DNA of 64,000 nt, taken from NCBI GenBank assembly GCA_965178125.1, contig CBCXTV010000001.1, forward strand, positions 124,001 through 188,000. Direction: 5' to 3'. Positions within the stretch are counted from its first letter, which is position 1. Every line of letters starts with the position of its first letter. Shown in pieces: positions 32,048-43,500 of the stretch. Below the pieces are notes generated by a model. It saw only the letters and a list, made by a program, of their open reading frames with translations. It was not told where the DNA came from and did no database searches. The position numbers were made by a program, and so were the translations under genes. The stretch comes from Bilabrum cf. latius (taxonomy: Eukaryota).

Positions 32048-33685
32048 GTGAGCGATCTTCTGCCCGGTTCCTCACGCGTCATAATGTCCTCTGCTTCGGT
32101 GCCGGATCAGCTCGCACGGATCAGTAAGGAGCTGAAGTGTCTCAGAGACGCGAGACAACGGGCGCGCAATGGGCTGCGCCATCCGTGGTTGCGCGCCATG
32201 GAGGCACAGGTCGCTGAGGTTATTCGTCATCACCCCGGCGGTGGCGAGGCAGCTCTTCGAACCTATGTCTCTCGTCAGTTGCAGAGTCGACAGGTTTCCA
32301 CGCGGACGGCTTCGCAGGAGGAGTTTCAAAGGCAGGTCGATGAGGAGGTCGCGCTCACCATGAGGCGCCCAGCTGAGGCGTGGCAGCGAAATCCTCTTCG
32401 CTCATGTCATCGAGAGTCCGTGGCACGCGCAGAGACCTTTCTCGCCGAGGCTTCTGTCGTTGCTTGGATCGACCATGTGAACGAGCAGCGTGGGTGTGCT
32501 CCAACTGGGAACATGGTTTTCGCCATGCTTGCGAGGATGGGCGTTCGCGCGGGGAAGGACTCGGCTCGACGGCAGTGGCTCCTGCGCTTCCGTCGTCGTT
32601 GGCGGCTTCGGCATGGCCGATTGAAGAAGCAGCCCCCGGTAACACTCGATTACGTCAGACTCGCGTGTCGTGTCTTCTATCAGTGGATTGAATTCGCAGA
32701 AGCGCGAGTGCCCCCCAACCGCCGCCTCGTCTTTGTGAATTTCGATGAGTCCAGCGTGCCCTTTGCCTTTCCGGGAATGCGCGGGTACATCGCACCGAGG
32801 TCAGGAACGGAGCCCGCTTCGCTTGGTTCGCGCACGGAGCGCCTCGCCTCGAATAGCAATCGAGGATCGTACACCTTTCTGGGTTTTATTAGCGACTGCC
32901 CGGAAATCCAGCGACGACTCCCGCGTATACTCATCGGGAAGCACACGCGGCTGAGCAAGCGCTTGATGCGTGGGGCGCCGAACCAAATGGTGGACGGAAT
33001 GGAAGTCTGGGCCCGAGAGAGCTCGTGGGTGACGCAGTCCCTCATGTTCGACATTCTGCGTCGGCTTTTCGCTTCTTGGATGGACATTCAGCATGAGATC
33101 TATCCAATAGTGATACTTGACTGCGCGCCCCAACACATTTCCACTGAGATTGTGAACTTCGCACACGGCCTTGGCATGGATCTCGTGTTTATTCCTGGTC
33201 GACTCACCTTCCTGCTTCAGCCGTTGGACGTTCTCGTCTTTCAGCTTCTTAAGCGCGACCTTCGGGAGACGTGGATGCAGGAGCGCTCGCGTCATGAAGC
33301 GGGTCATGTCGATGTCTCTTGCCATCTCAGGGTTGTCGCTGAGTGCACGAAGAGAGTGCTCTCGTCTGGCTCGTGGCAAGGCGCTTTCGATATGACAGGC
33401 ATTACCAGCGGCAGGCGCCGCTTGCATTCGACCCTACGGCGCTTGTTTGAGTGTGACATGGAGGACATCTCCAGCGATGCTCCGTCTGTCGACCAGCTCC
33501 GCTTCATCAGCAGTCCGCAGCAGCCTCTCCCGCACGATGCGCTCATCAACAGGGCCCCAGTCGCGTCCGGACACGCGGTCGACGGAGGCGTCCACGGTGG
33601 TAACGCTCGCCGCGTGCCTCGTGGCCGCAGACTAAACGGATGGACCCCCCGCGATCGCGCTCACCCCTCGGCGGCCATGCCGTGA
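32048..33685 (+). CDS. pogo-family DD35D transposase, copy 2
   Basis: Same translation as 4853..6490. Confidence 0.92.
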   Translation: MSDLLPGSSRVIMSSASVPDQLARISKELKCLRDARQRARNGLRHPWLRAMEAQVAEVIRHHPGGGEAALRTYVSRQLQSRQVSTRTASQEEFQRQVDEEVALTMRRPAEAWQRNPLRSCHRESVARAETFLAEASVVAWIDHVNEQRGCAPTGNMVFAMLARMGVRAGKDSARRQWLLRFRRRWRLRHGRLKKQPPVTLDYVRLACRVFYQWIEFAEARVPPNRRLVFVNFDESSVPFAFPGMRGYIAPRSGTEPASLGSRTERLASNSNRGSYTFLGFISDCPEIQRRLPRILIGKHTRLSKRLMRGAPNQMVDGMEVWARESSWVTQSLMFDILRRLFASWMDIQHEIYPIVILDCAPQHISTEIVNFAHGLGMDLVFIPGRLTFLLQPLDVLVFQLLKRDLRETWMQERSRHEAGHVDVSCHLRVVAECTKRVLSSGSWQGAFDMTGITSGRRRLHSTLRRLFECDMEDISSDAPSVDQLRFISSPQQPLPHDALINRAPVASGHAVDGGVHGGNARRVPRGRRLNGWTPRDRAHPSAAMP

Positions 33686-34704
33686 CCTCGACCACGACCA
33701 TGTCAGGGGCGAACGCGACTTCGTCAACCTCGAGCACGACCATCCCAGCGGCGAACGCGGCTTCCTCGATGGGATCCCTGACCCCGACGAAGCTTCCCCG
33801 ACCTCGGCCACGTGAACCTGCAGGCGCATTCTTGCCCGATGTGCCCGCGCAGGTGGCGGCCTGCACGGCGTGGGCGCCACCGTTTCGTCGACCAGACAGC
33901 TCAGCCACTCCGGCGACGCGCGAGGCGGCAACGTCCACGTGCATCAATCCGTGGACCGCTCTCTCCTGGTATCCGACACCACCGCAGCCGACGGACCCCC
34001 CTTCCGACAGGCCTCGCGAGGTACCGAACCGGAGCTCCCGGCAGCAGCGCAGGCGTCATGCTTGGGGCGGCACGTGGGTGTTCGACGACGCCATTACGCT
34101 CAGCGATTGCGGGTCGAGGGTGCAGATCGACGCGCCGCAGTCGAAGCTCTTGGCGATGGTCCTGCCCCGGAAGTCGGGCCAGTGGATTCCTCGTAGGCTG
34201 CGCTCGCGTACGATCTGGTATTTGGCTGGGGAGCAGTCGGCCGTGATCACCAACCTCAAGTGCCAGGCCTGCAGTCGGGTCAAGCACGCGGACAGCTTCA
34301 ACCCGAAGAGCTTGCGTCGGGCTCAGTACTCGTTGCTGCATTCCCTGTGGCCCGGCTACATACGACGTACCGAGCGGTCTATTTGGTGCACGCAGTGTGC
34401 GGTGGAGGACCAGTTGATGCAGGGCAACTTTCCGGACGGCTACTGTTTCCGGATCCGCGCCACACTCGAAATTTGCCATCAAGATCGCGTCGCGGCCAAG
34501 CTGTTTGCAGTGCACGACAGTAACGCTCTCTTCGAGCAGATCCCGCTGAGCTCCCGTGCGGCCATGGACGTGGCGGAGCAGTTGCGCCGATACTGGCAGG
34601 ATGCCGTGTCCTCAGACGGCCAGAGCAACATCTTCCACAGCGACCACGTTTCGACAGACGACGACTCTGAGTTCGCACCGGGCGGACCGGAGAGCGTGCC
34701 GTGA
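33640..34704 (+). CDS. 354-aa CxxC protein, copy 2
   Basis: Same translation. Confidence 0.65.
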   Translation: MDPPRSRSPLGGHAVTSTTTMSGANATSSTSSTTIPAANAASSMGSLTPTKLPRPRPREPAGAFLPDVPAQVAACTAWAPPFRRPDSSATPATREAATSTCINPWTALSWYPTPPQPTDPPSDRPREVPNRSSRQQRRRHAWGGTWVFDDAITLSDCGSRVQIDAPQSKLLAMVLPRKSGQWIPRRLRSRTIWYLAGEQSAVITNLKCQACSRVKHADSFNPKSLRRAQYSLLHSLWPGYIRRTERSIWCTQCAVEDQLMQGNFPDGYCFRIRATLEICHQDRVAAKLFAVHDSNALFEQIPLSSRAAMDVAEQLRRYWQDAVSSDGQSNIFHSDHVSTDDDSEFAPGGPESVP

Positions 34705-35025
34705 GGGACCGCAGCGACAGTAGCGTCGCTTAGGTGAGGAGCGGGTGCCAATGCTCTTTTGAAAATGGTGTGTCGTACGTACGGCAGGAGCCGTCGGTGG
34801 GAGCGGGGCGGATCCTGCGGGAAGTCGTGGAGACTGAGGGCAGAGACTCTCGGGTCGGTCAGGGTCTCATGTAACGTGCTGTTCACCGCAGAGGTATGTG
34901 CGGATCTTGGTGGATCTCTCGAGGACATGGGTGGCATACCGTTGTGCATCCGTTCCCCGGGGGGGGCGGTCGCAGAAGAGTGCACACGAAAACAAGAGGA
35001 AAGGAGACCAACCCCCCAAACCCAC

Positions 35026-35089
35026 GTAGTGCGATCCTGGGGGGTACCCTATAAGGTACTAAGAATCCTTCTCCCGAAAATCGCACTAC
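35026..35089. promoter_or_regulatory. Stem-loop B, copy 2
   Basis: Same sequence at +27195. Confidence 0.55.
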
Positions 35090-38000
35090 CTCGGGCCACA
35101 ACGTCTTGGTGGATTCCTCGAGGACATGGGTGGCATACCGTTGTGCATCCGTTCCCCGTCGCTCCCTAACGTCTTCAGTGGCAGGTTCGGAAAAGACACC
35201 TCCGTAGGCACGCGACAAGTCCCGGTGAAGCGGGCTCGCACCGCGCTGGGCGGGAGATCGTGAGCGCTTAGAGGACCGGAGCTTTCGGGCGGGTGCGTGT
35301 CTCGACAAACTCCCTCTTGACCACGGGCGGGGAACGTGTAGGGCGGAAGCTAAAGACACCGTAAGTAGCGGAGGGCTAACATTCCGTCCTTCGGTGAGAG
35401 CCAAAAGTTCGAGTCTGCGAGAGACTATTATACGAAGTTCTCCCCTCCTCATACGTGCGCATAGCCTCCTCACGCGGTAGCGCGAGCGCGGGACCCGGAC
35501 CTGTCCCTGATGGGCGTGAATCTGAACCCGGCGTACTCTCCTAGTCTGTCACTTCCACGACCTTGTTGTCGCGGAACCACTTGCACGGAGAGGAACCTGT
35601 CGTTCAAGCGGGTGCAGCCGGACGCGCAGGTGTAGTGCATCGCCTTGCATATGTGCACGGCCAAGTAGATGCCGGAACCGTAGAGGTATCACACTTCCCG
35701 CGGAGCTTGGGTGGGTCTTTCGCTGCTGTCGTCTGCTCCAGAAGGTTTGCGCCAAAAACCGGAAAACTTCTAAGACAGAGGTGGGATGCCAGGAGCTCAC
35801 GGTCCTGCCGGATTGGGGAGGTCCATGCCCACGCGAGCCGGGTACGCGTCCAAATCAACGCACAGAGCGGGAGCTGAGGGCGCCAAGGACGCTCACTGTC
35901 AGGCACACACAACGCGCACAGAATTCGTCATTTCGCGTTCAAAGCCTGCCAACGACGTGGCGCTTGGCGAAATGTGGTGGGTCGCGAAGATGTGGTACTT
36001 CGCCGTGCCTTTCTCTATGACGGCCAAGCGTGCACTCGCCATCGCGCTCGGACGCCACAGGAAGAGATCCCAGCTCGCAGCTCCGCCGCCTCATCCAGGA
36101 GTAAGGCGAAGTCGAATCGTGAATAGCGCTTCGCACCTTCACAGAGCCGAGGATCACAGATAGGCCCCGCCTCACAGAACCCAGCGCCATAGGGCAGAGC
36201 GTGAAGTACCTGGCCGCTTGGCTTGGCCGGACCCCCGCCCGCCCTCCGCCGGCAGCTCCTCCCGTCCGTCCCTATGGAGGCAGATCCGCGTACCCATGCT
36301 GCGGCGGGATCCTGACACAATCCGCTCCTCTTAGTGTGTGGCCGTGGGGCATGAGTGGAGCAGCATCGGGCCCTCACCAGCCGTGGAACGGAAGCAGCTC
36401 TCCGTGCGGCAGCTGTGCGATGCACAGACCTCGTCCCAAAGATACGGATCCATTTTGCCGTCTTCCCGCGCATACTGCATCGCTCTGCAAAACTGCATTG
36501 CGCAGTGGATCCCCGAGCGTCGACTGCCAATAGCAGGCGGCCTCGCAAGGCCTTCATGGACGCAGGATTTGGGCTTCTTCATCGTAAATTTGGGGTCTGC
36601 TCAGCGCGCGAAAATTCCAACGCTTCAAAATGATCCGGACGTCGCGAGAAGGGAACTCGTTGCTTGCTCACCTGTGCGGAGGGGTTGGATGCCCGATGTG
36701 CTAAAGAGAGGATACTGTCCGTCGGCGTTCTCTCTTCACCTTGTGCGGAAGGGTTGGGTGCCTGATTTCAGACAGAGAAGGTCTCGTCCGTTGGGAGCGC
36801 TTAGGAATACTTCCGGATGGGGCGTCCAGACGCGGTCCAGGACCTCCAGCTCGTCGGGGTCAATGTCGCCCGCGCCGTCCGTGCCTTTGACGCCTCTGGA
36901 TCGATGATGCCCACGATCTTTGTCATCTCGGACGACACACGTCCCAGCTGCTCTTTGGTAGTGCATTACCTCATTGACCCCGAAGCGTTGAATATTTAAT
37001 GAAGACCCTTCGGAAGCTGGCGAAGTTTGTCAGCTTGTCGGAGCGCAGCCTGGGTCCTTGTCAACAAACATGGAGGGTTTCGGGGCGGATTTCCAGCGTT
37101 CCGCCTTGATATCGAGTGCACCTCGAGGTCGGGATCGAAGCGGGGCGGGCGGTTCGTCATCCTCTGTGATACGCTTAGGAGGCGCCGACTTGATGCCCAC
37201 CTTGTCCCCCAATCACTCCAGACGTAACTGGGGAACTCTTCCCGTCGTGGGCCGGGTACGCCTCCGAATCCCACGCGAGCCGTTCCCCACGGCGCACCGA
37301 TAAGCGCCGCTGCAAGCGTACCAAGAGGGGCGTACCAAGAGGTGCTTCCTTCGCTCGGCAGTGTGGCACTTCAAGCAGTAGAATGTGCCACTCCCAGCAC
37401 GTAGGTGGAGTTTGCGAGCTGCCGGCCGACATGCTCGTGTGGTGACCTCCGGCGCACCGATAAGTGCCGCTGCAAGCGCACCAATACTACTTCGCTTGGG
37501 AGCGAGGCACTTTAAGCAATGCAGTGCGCCGGTTTTCGTGCACGCCCGGTCGCGCGGACGCCGCAGGTGGCTTGGCCGTAGGATAGAATTAGTGGCGGGT
37601 CGGTTTTGCATGTCTTCCCTCTCCTCTTGATATGGTACACAAAGGCAAGAGCCTGACGATGCAGACGGAACTCCTGGATTTCACCGCCACATTCCTAGTC
37701 AAGACAGCCCTCGACTAAACAGACGCCGAGTTATCTTGAGCAGCATCCCACGACGCAGTGATGTGGACGGCAAGGGTGATGCCATGCTTTCCGGGCCTCC
37801 CATGTGACCGCTTTTTGCGTACCGAAACACTTTCCGGGGTCGACGCCCCGGCGGAACACGCCGGCGCGGCGGCAAGCGTCGATGTTGCGGGCGGCCCAGC
37901 CATGAGGTACATGATCAAGTACACGGAAAGCACGCAGAGCGTCGTCAATCCGTTCGTGAGCCGCGAGTTCCAAAAGGTCTTCGAGACATCCGCCCGGAAA

Positions 38001-39657
38001 GCACGCAGAGCATCGTCAATCCGTTCGTGAGCCGCGAGTTCCAGAAGGTCTTCGAGCACATCCCCCCGGAAAGCACGCAGAGCATCGTCAATCCGTTCGT
38101 GAGCCGCGAATTCCAGAAGGTCTTCGAGCACATCCCCCCGGAAAGCACGCAGAGCATCGTCAATCCGTTCGTGAGCCGCGAATTCCAAAAGGTCTTCGAG
38201 CACATCCCCCGGATGATGTCGAGCATGCGGACGCCCTGCTCCGGATGATGTCGGCCATGCGGACGCTCTTCCCAGACCTTGCGCGGCAGCGGGACGAAAA
38301 TGGAGCTCTCCCTGCACCGCAAGCACGCCGGAAACCTGGTGCACTTCCACGTGTGCATGACGGACTCCGAGAGGTCGCATCGTTGTCGCGTGGCGGAGGA
38401 TTTCATTTGGGCCGGCAGCAGGCCGAATGTCGTGTACGGCTTTAAGGTACCGAACCGGAGCTCCCGGCAGCAGCGCAGGCGGAGACATCCGCCCGGAAAG
38501 CACGCAGAGCATCGTCAATCCGTTCGTGAGCCGCGAGTTCCAGAAGGTCTTCGAGCACATCCCCCCGGAAAGCACGCAGAGCATCGTCAATCCGTTCGTG
38601 AGCCGCGAATTCCAGAAGGTCTTCGAGCACATCCCCCCGGAAAGCACGCAGAGCATCGTCAATCCGTTCGTGAGCCGCGAATTCCAAAAGGTCTTCGAGC
38701 ACATCCCCCGGATGATGTCGAGCATGCGGACGCCCGGCTCCGGATGATGTCGGCCATGCGGACGCTCTTCCCAGACCTTGCGCGGCAGCGGGACGAAAAT
38801 GGAGCTCTCCCTGCACCGCAAGCACGCCGGAAACCTGGTGCACTTCCACGTGTGCATGACGGACTCCGAGAGGTCGCATCGTTGTCGCGTGGCGGAGGAT
38901 TTCATTTGGGCCGGCAGCAGGCCGAATGTCGTGTACGGCTTTAAGGTACCGAACCGGAGCTCCCGGCAGCAGCGCAGGCGGCATGCTTGGGGCGGCACGT
39001 GGATCTTCGACGACGCCATTACGCTCAGCGATTGCGGGTCGAGGGTGCAGATCGACGCGCCGCAGTCGAAGGTCTTGGCGATGGTAATGCCCCGGAAGTC
39101 GGGCCAGTGGATTCCTCATAGGCTGCGCTCGCGTACGATCTGGTATTTGGGTGGGGAGCAGTCGGCCGTGATCACCAACCTCAAGTGCCAGGCCTGCCCC
39201 GGAAGTCGGGCCAGGGCATTCTCCGAGTCTCTTTGCCGATGATGTCTGAGGAGAAACCGTCCGAGAGCATTGCTGTTTCCTTGGGAGACGGCCGCAATCT
39301 TCGTGGGCGTCAAGGCGCCGGTAATATGGGAAACGAGGGCGGCATGTTGGCGCGCGAGGTCGACGCCCCGGCGGAGGGGGGGGGCCGTACGTGCCGTGAC
39401 AGGTCGCGCCGGAGCCGGCGGAGGAGGCGACATGGACTTGCAACGCGTGCCAGGGCCTAAGCCCCGGTCAGAGTACTTCAAGAAGTGGAAGGACTGGATC
39501 CAACCAGTTTGCCGGGTGTGTTACGACAAGTTCGACAGCGCGACGCCGTGGTGGGTGAGGTGCAAGAACTGCAAAAACGAGTTTCCGGCGTACCGATTTC
39601 CCCAGATCCGCCGGAAGAGGGACGGGCCTCGATCTCGGAAAGGGCGGGAGTCCGTTC

Positions 39658-40980
39658 TTGCATTCGGAATGGGCGGGGAGTTGCTTTTCCTGGGAGCATG
39701 TGCGAGATTCCTTCTCCGCGGGTCCTCTTTCGGCTTCGGCAGTCAGCAGCGCACTCTGCGGGAACGGCATTCTCCGAGTCTCTTTGCCGATGATGTCTGA
39801 GGAGAAACCGTCTGAAAGCATTGCTGTTTCCTTGGGAGACGGCCGCAATCTTCGTGGGCGTCGAGGCGCCGGTGATATGGGAAACGAGGGCGGCATGTTG
39901 GCGCGCGAGGTCGACGCGCCGGCGGAGCACGCCGGCGCGGCGGCAAGCGTCGATGATTCGGGCGGCCCCCACATCGAGAGCGGCGGCGCGGAGGCGGCGT
40001 CCACGGGGATGCTCGGAGAGGAGAGCGGCAAGGCAGCGCCGAAGGAGGACGCCGAAGACGACGGCGGCAAGAAGACGGAGGAGGAGGATGCTCGCGGCGG
40101 TGGACGTGCTGTGGTGCCCGGAGGTAATGACGACGTATGGACCGACGCAGCAGCTTGGAAGGCGGGTGGCGGCGTGGCAGCCGGGGCGGTCTCTGGCGCT
40201 GATAGCTGGGCTCTATGGGGGACCCCTGCGAAGTCGTCATGGGGGGAGACGTACGTGCCGCGGCAGGTCGCGTCGGAGCCGGCGGAGGAGGCGACATGGA
40301 CTTGCAACGCGTGCCAGTGCTGCAAGCCCCGGTCGGCGTACTTCAAGAAGTGGAAGGACTGGATCCAACCAGTTTGCCGGGTGTGTTGCGACAAGTTCGA
40401 CAACGCGACGCCGTGGTGGGTGTGGTGCAAGAACTGCAAAAACGAGTATCCGGCGTACCGATTTCCCCAGATCCGCCGGAAGAAGGAGAACTTGCGCTAT
40501 TTCTTCCCTGAGGACTGGTGCGCGAAGTGCCTGGTTGCGCGTGGCTGGAGTCTCCATGATGTCCGTTCCTCTGCGGGTGAAGCGAAGCGTTGGGTGCCAA
40601 AAGCTGGCGCGAATACCGGTGACGGCGACAACGACGCTCGTGCTCCCGCACGCGACGAGCTTCCTGCAGGAGGCGCCGCCTCCTGCAGCAACGCCGTGCA
40701 TCAGAGTTCTTCGCGTGACGAGGCCTTGGATGACATCAACCGGGCCATGGAGCTTCTCCGGAATGCGGAGAAATTCATCTCCGCGATGCCATCGTGCATG
40801 CAGTGTGCGGTGCAGGACCAGTTGATGCAGGGCATCGTCAAAGACCAGGCCCTCTTGGATATCTTCTCCGGCAAGATAACGGACTGGATCAAATACCATC
40901 CGGCCACTCTTGGGGCGATCCAATCCTATCGAAACGCATGGCTGTGGGCCGACGGAATGGCTCATGGTTGTCGAGGATGA
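39658..40980 (+). CDS. Chimeric zinc-finger paralogue, copy 2
   Basis: Same ORF with one F>S change. Confidence 0.6.
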   Translation: MHSEWAGSCFSWEHVRDSFSAGPLSASAVSSALCGNGILRVSLPMMSEEKPSESIAVSLGDGRNLRGRRGAGDMGNEGGMLAREVDAPAEHAGAAASVDDSGGPHIESGGAEAASTGMLGEESGKAAPKEDAEDDGGKKTEEEDARGGGRAVVPGGNDDVWTDAAAWKAGGGVAAGAVSGADSWALWGTPAKSSWGETYVPRQVASEPAEEATWTCNACQCCKPRSAYFKKWKDWIQPVCRVCCDKFDNATPWWVWCKNCKNEYPAYRFPQIRRKKENLRYFFPEDWCAKCLVARGWSLHDVRSSAGEAKRWVPKAGANTGDGDNDARAPARDELPAGGAASCSNAVHQSSSRDEALDDINRAMELLRNAEKFISAMPSCMQCAVQDQLMQGIVKDQALLDIFSGKITDWIKYHPATLGAIQSYRNAWLWADGMAHGCRG

Positions 40981-42319
40981 TATCGAACCTCGCGAAGCAT
41001 GCGTGGATCGGCTACTCGTAGTTCTTCACGCCATCGCGAAACCCCAAGGTGACGCAGATGGCCATGTTAGCGGGGTCAGAAGCACCGAGAATGGTCAGCC
41101 TCCAGCGCGGAAACTCACCTCATGCACAACTGCGAGCGCCTCTTGGACGTGCGGACCTATCCGGCGCACTGGGTAGACAACACATTTGTGGTCCCCTTCC
41201 ACGTGGGCATGGGCCTAAAGTGGTATCTCATCAGCCCGGAGGGGAGGAAGGCGCTCCTGAAGATGCGGATCCCGAACCGAAGCTTCGAACGCTGCGTCTG
41301 GCGCCGCATCTTCGACACGTTCCAAGGGCCGGTATGTAATGTCCGTCGTGATGTCCGTGTGCGCGGCCCTGAGTTGGGGGGTTGTCTCGTCTGGGAAAAA
41401 ACAGAGCGCGTGCCCATCTCCTACGAAGACTTGTGCGGTGTTCACGAGCACGCCGGCGAAACCTCGAGTTTTGGCATCAAGATCGTGTCGCGGCCAGGCT
41501 GTACGACGGCGGCAAGAAGACGGAGAAGGAGGATGCTCACGGTATCGCCCTGATCATCTGCACGACTTCGTGGGGCTCCATGACGTAACGGCGAGCGAGA
41601 ACATTGACTGGTGGCGTGGCTGGAGGATCTCGGGAACACACGGCGGGCGAGCCGTTTTTCAAAAGGAGCACGGGTCCTTCGGGACGCCATTTCACTTACG
41701 GCGGGCGAGCCGTTTTCCGAATGGTGCGGGGGTCCTACTGATGCACACGGCGATCGCTGGTTCACTCACGGCGGGCGAGCCGTTTTCCGAATGGTGCGGA
41801 GTCCTCCAGATGACCACGGTGATGGGTGGCAGCATGTCATAGGCGCGCCGTCGGAAGCTTCCCCTTCGAGTGATGCCTAAAACTGAGAAACCTGGAGATC
41901 CTAGCATCGTATGGAGGCAAGAGGTAACACCTTGGGGTCCGTTCTCCGCTTCAATTCCTGTCCCAAATCCGATTCCCATTTCGAGACCGAAAAAGGTGAC
42001 CCGGAAAACGACGGTACTTATTTCTGAACCGTTTTCCGGACGCTTTCCGGGTCTCCCATGTGACCGCTTTTTGCGTACCGAAACACGTTCCGCGCGTGAG
42101 GAGCAGATGCGGATCTCCGCGGGGTCCTATTTGTGTCTTTTTTCGGGGACGAAATCGGGCGCACTTCTCGTGCCGATTTGTGGTCGTCTCTGAAACCGGC
42201 TGCGAGTCGGGAAAGGTGCCCGAGATGCTTGTGTCCTTGGCTTCGTATTTCTCCGCATATTCTTCAAACGCGGGCGGCAGTGGCTCCTGCGCGGGAGCTT
42301 CCCGAGTGGGTCCGTCGTG

Positions 42320-42516
42320 CAGTGCGCTGGGTAGGTCCGCAGGTCAAGGAGGCGCTCGCAGTTATAGACGTAGGTGGAGTTTGCGAGCTGCCGGCCGACA
42401 TGCTCATGTGGTGACCGGAGGTCACCACATGAGCATGTCGGCCGGCAGCTCGCAAACCCCACCTGCGTCTATAACTGCGAACGCCTCCTTGACCTGCGGA
42501 CCTACCCAGCGCACTG
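42320..42516. repeat. Long inverted repeat, copy 2
   Basis: Same at +27195. Confidence 0.93.
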
Positions 42517-42596
42517 AGCAGACAACGCATTTGTGGTCCCCCTCCACGTCGGCATGGGCTTGAAGTGGTACCTCAGGAGGATTTCACTTGCGCCGG

Positions 42597-43500
42597 CCCC
42601 CAGGATTTCGCCAAAAATGGCCGATCCGCACAAGGAATTTAAGTTGCGGCGACACAGCTCGGACCCTGGCTTTTTTTTGGCTGTTTCGGGGCCCCAAGAG
42701 GGCTCCCGGCCCCAAAAAGGGCAAAACGCGAGGTTGTGGTGGAAAAAATGGGCCCCAAGGAGTCTCCAAACGACGCAAAACGCCACGTTGTGGTGGATTT
42801 TAGAGCCCCTAAATCGCCCAAAAAAGACGCAAAACGCCACGTGGTGGTGGATTTTAGAGCCCCTAAATCGCCAAAAAAGACGCAAAACGCCACGTTGTAG
42901 TGGATTTTAGAGCCCCTAAATCGCCCAAAAAAGACGCAAAACGCCACGTTGTGGTGTTTTTTTTGAGCGTTTTCGGGGGGCTCGGAAGGGGACCCCCCCA
43001 GGATTTGGCCAAAAATGGCCGATCCACACAAGGACTTTAAGTTGCGGCGACACAGTTCGGGCCCCGGTTTGTTTTTGCGGTTTGGGGGCCCCGAGAGGGC
43101 TCCCGGCCCCAAAAAGGGCAAAACGCGAGGTTGTGGTGGAAAAATGGGCCCCAGGCAGCCCCAAACGACGCAAAACGCCACGTTGTGGTGGATTTTAGAG
43201 CCCTAAATCGCCCAAAAAAGACGCAAAACGCCACGTTGTCGTGGATTTTAGAGCCCTAAATCGCCCCAAAGAGACGCAAAACGCCACGTTGTAGTGGATT
43301 TTAGAGCCCCTAAACCGCCCTAAAAAGACGCCAAACGCCACGTTGTGGTGTTTTTTTTGAGCGTTTTGGGGGGCCCGGAAGGGGACCCCCCCAGGATTTG
43401 GCCCAAAATGGCCGATCCACACAAGGAATTTAAGTTGCGGCGACACAGTTCGGGCCCCGGGGTTTGTTTTGCTGTTTGGGGGCCCCAAGAGGGCTCCCGG
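42597..43500. repeat. Higher-order satellite, copy 2
   Basis: Same at +27195. Confidence 0.92.

Larger units (their letters stand above)
23624..35089 (+). mobile_element. Putative Rep + DDE-transposase element bounded by direct stem-loop repeats (~11.4 kb)
   Basis: Hairpin A (23624) - Rep - ZnF - ZnF - coiled-coil - pogo transposase - ZnF - hairpin B (35026); all ORFs on + strand. Boundaries are inferred. Confidence 0.55.
36061..42575 (+). pseudogene. Patchwork region, copy 2
   Basis: Same at +27195. Confidence 0.85.
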
